A stretch of 64,000 bases of DNA from Flaccisagitta enflata (taxonomy: Eukaryota), in assembly GCA_965153355.1 (NCBI GenBank), contig OZ231126.1, positions 5,084,001-5,148,000 on the forward strand, given 5' to 3'. Each line of letters starts with the position of its first letter. Position 1 is the stretch's first letter. The translations under genes and the position numbers were made by a program. Below, in pieces: positions 63,197 to 64,000 of the stretch. The notes beneath the pieces are model-generated. The model was not told the origin of the DNA and ran no database searches. It worked only from the letters and a program-made list of their open reading frames with translations.

Positions 63197-63408
63197 CCAG
63201 GCCAACTATAAGAAATATGTCCACACTCTGTCACATTGATTTTACGCTTACACATAGGGATGCTTCTCACTCATGAATGATGAAGTGCTATTTCTATAGC
63301 GCATGAACTAAAAGAAAGTACTAAAACACCCATAGGTAGATTTTTATCTATGAATCAGTGATAAACTGATGTCACAAAGTGTGGACATATTTCTTATAGT
63401 TGGCCCGG
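63197..63408. mobile_element. MITE with ~40-bp inverted ends
   Basis: ggccaactataagaaatatgtccacact ... agtgtggacatatttcttatagttggcc. Confidence 0.75.
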
Positions 63409-63553
63409 CGAATGTCGAATCATGCCAAATATATAATTGACTCTCAGGAAATGTAAGCAGAATCAAGGGTTTCATAAGCCGCTTCATGTTCTGGAATTGA
63501 TTTGCAGTAAATACGCTAGCAGAATTGTGGGTCCTTTTTCCTATTCATCCAGA

Positions 63554-63770
63554 TAACACCTGTCCCACAATTATTGCAAAAGCTTCACTTCAAATAAAAC
63601 CATGAAAGGCATACTTCTAGTTGGCGCAGTTGTATGAAATTTGAACTGAAGCATTATAACACCTTTGGGTAACTACAGTTCAAATTTCATGTGACTGGGT
63701 CAACGAGAAGTATGCTTGTCATAGTTTTATTTGAAGCGTTACTTTTGCAATAATTGTGGGACGGGAGTTA
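63554..63770. mobile_element. Palindromic MITE
   Basis: taacacctgtcccacaattattgcaaaag ... cttttgcaataattgtgggacgggagtta, inverted symmetry through to the centre. Confidence 0.75.
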
Positions 63771-64000
63771 CACCAGTTTTAATGTAGGTCCTTAATCCTT
63801 TCATCCATTCTAAATTTCCATCCAGCTTGAAGTCCCTCATTTCGTTATTGCAAATTTGTGAGGTGACCATTGAGTCACTGCCTCAGTTGGGGACACAGTG
63901 GATGGCTGTGTTTGCAGAGTCATTAAAAGCCATTGATAATGATTCATCATTTGATGGTATGAGCGTCCTTCAATGTTTTTCCGTGTCCTCCTCCACATTC

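Overview
Eukaryotic (animal-like) genomic DNA, rich in microsatellites and short non-autonomous transposons. Most ORFs in the supplied track are repeat artefacts. Reading splice sites and codon phases by hand gives four genes. (1) A minus-strand NAB / NGFI-A-binding corepressor gene (NCD1 and NCD2 domains; 11 exons from ~24012 down to 838; no stop found, probably continuing past the left edge), apparently with a ~900-aa low-complexity N-terminal exon joined through a GC-AG intron. (2) A plus-strand 11-exon gene for a secreted ~828-aa protein with BPI/LBP/TULIP-like character (36480-47961). (3) A minus-strand two-exon NLR-like gene: HEPN(DZIP3-like) / 5x41-aa repeat / NACHT / Kelch (55334-50595). 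Its HEPN region carries an in-frame DINE-1/HINE-like insertion that has lost the family's stop codon. (4) The first exon of a probable XK-related membrane protein (62732-63159). A recurring pattern is tandem duplication of exon-intron boundaries at many splice sites of two unrelated genes, including one intron built from tandem GT...AG units. Domain calls are from motif recognition only; no database search was run.
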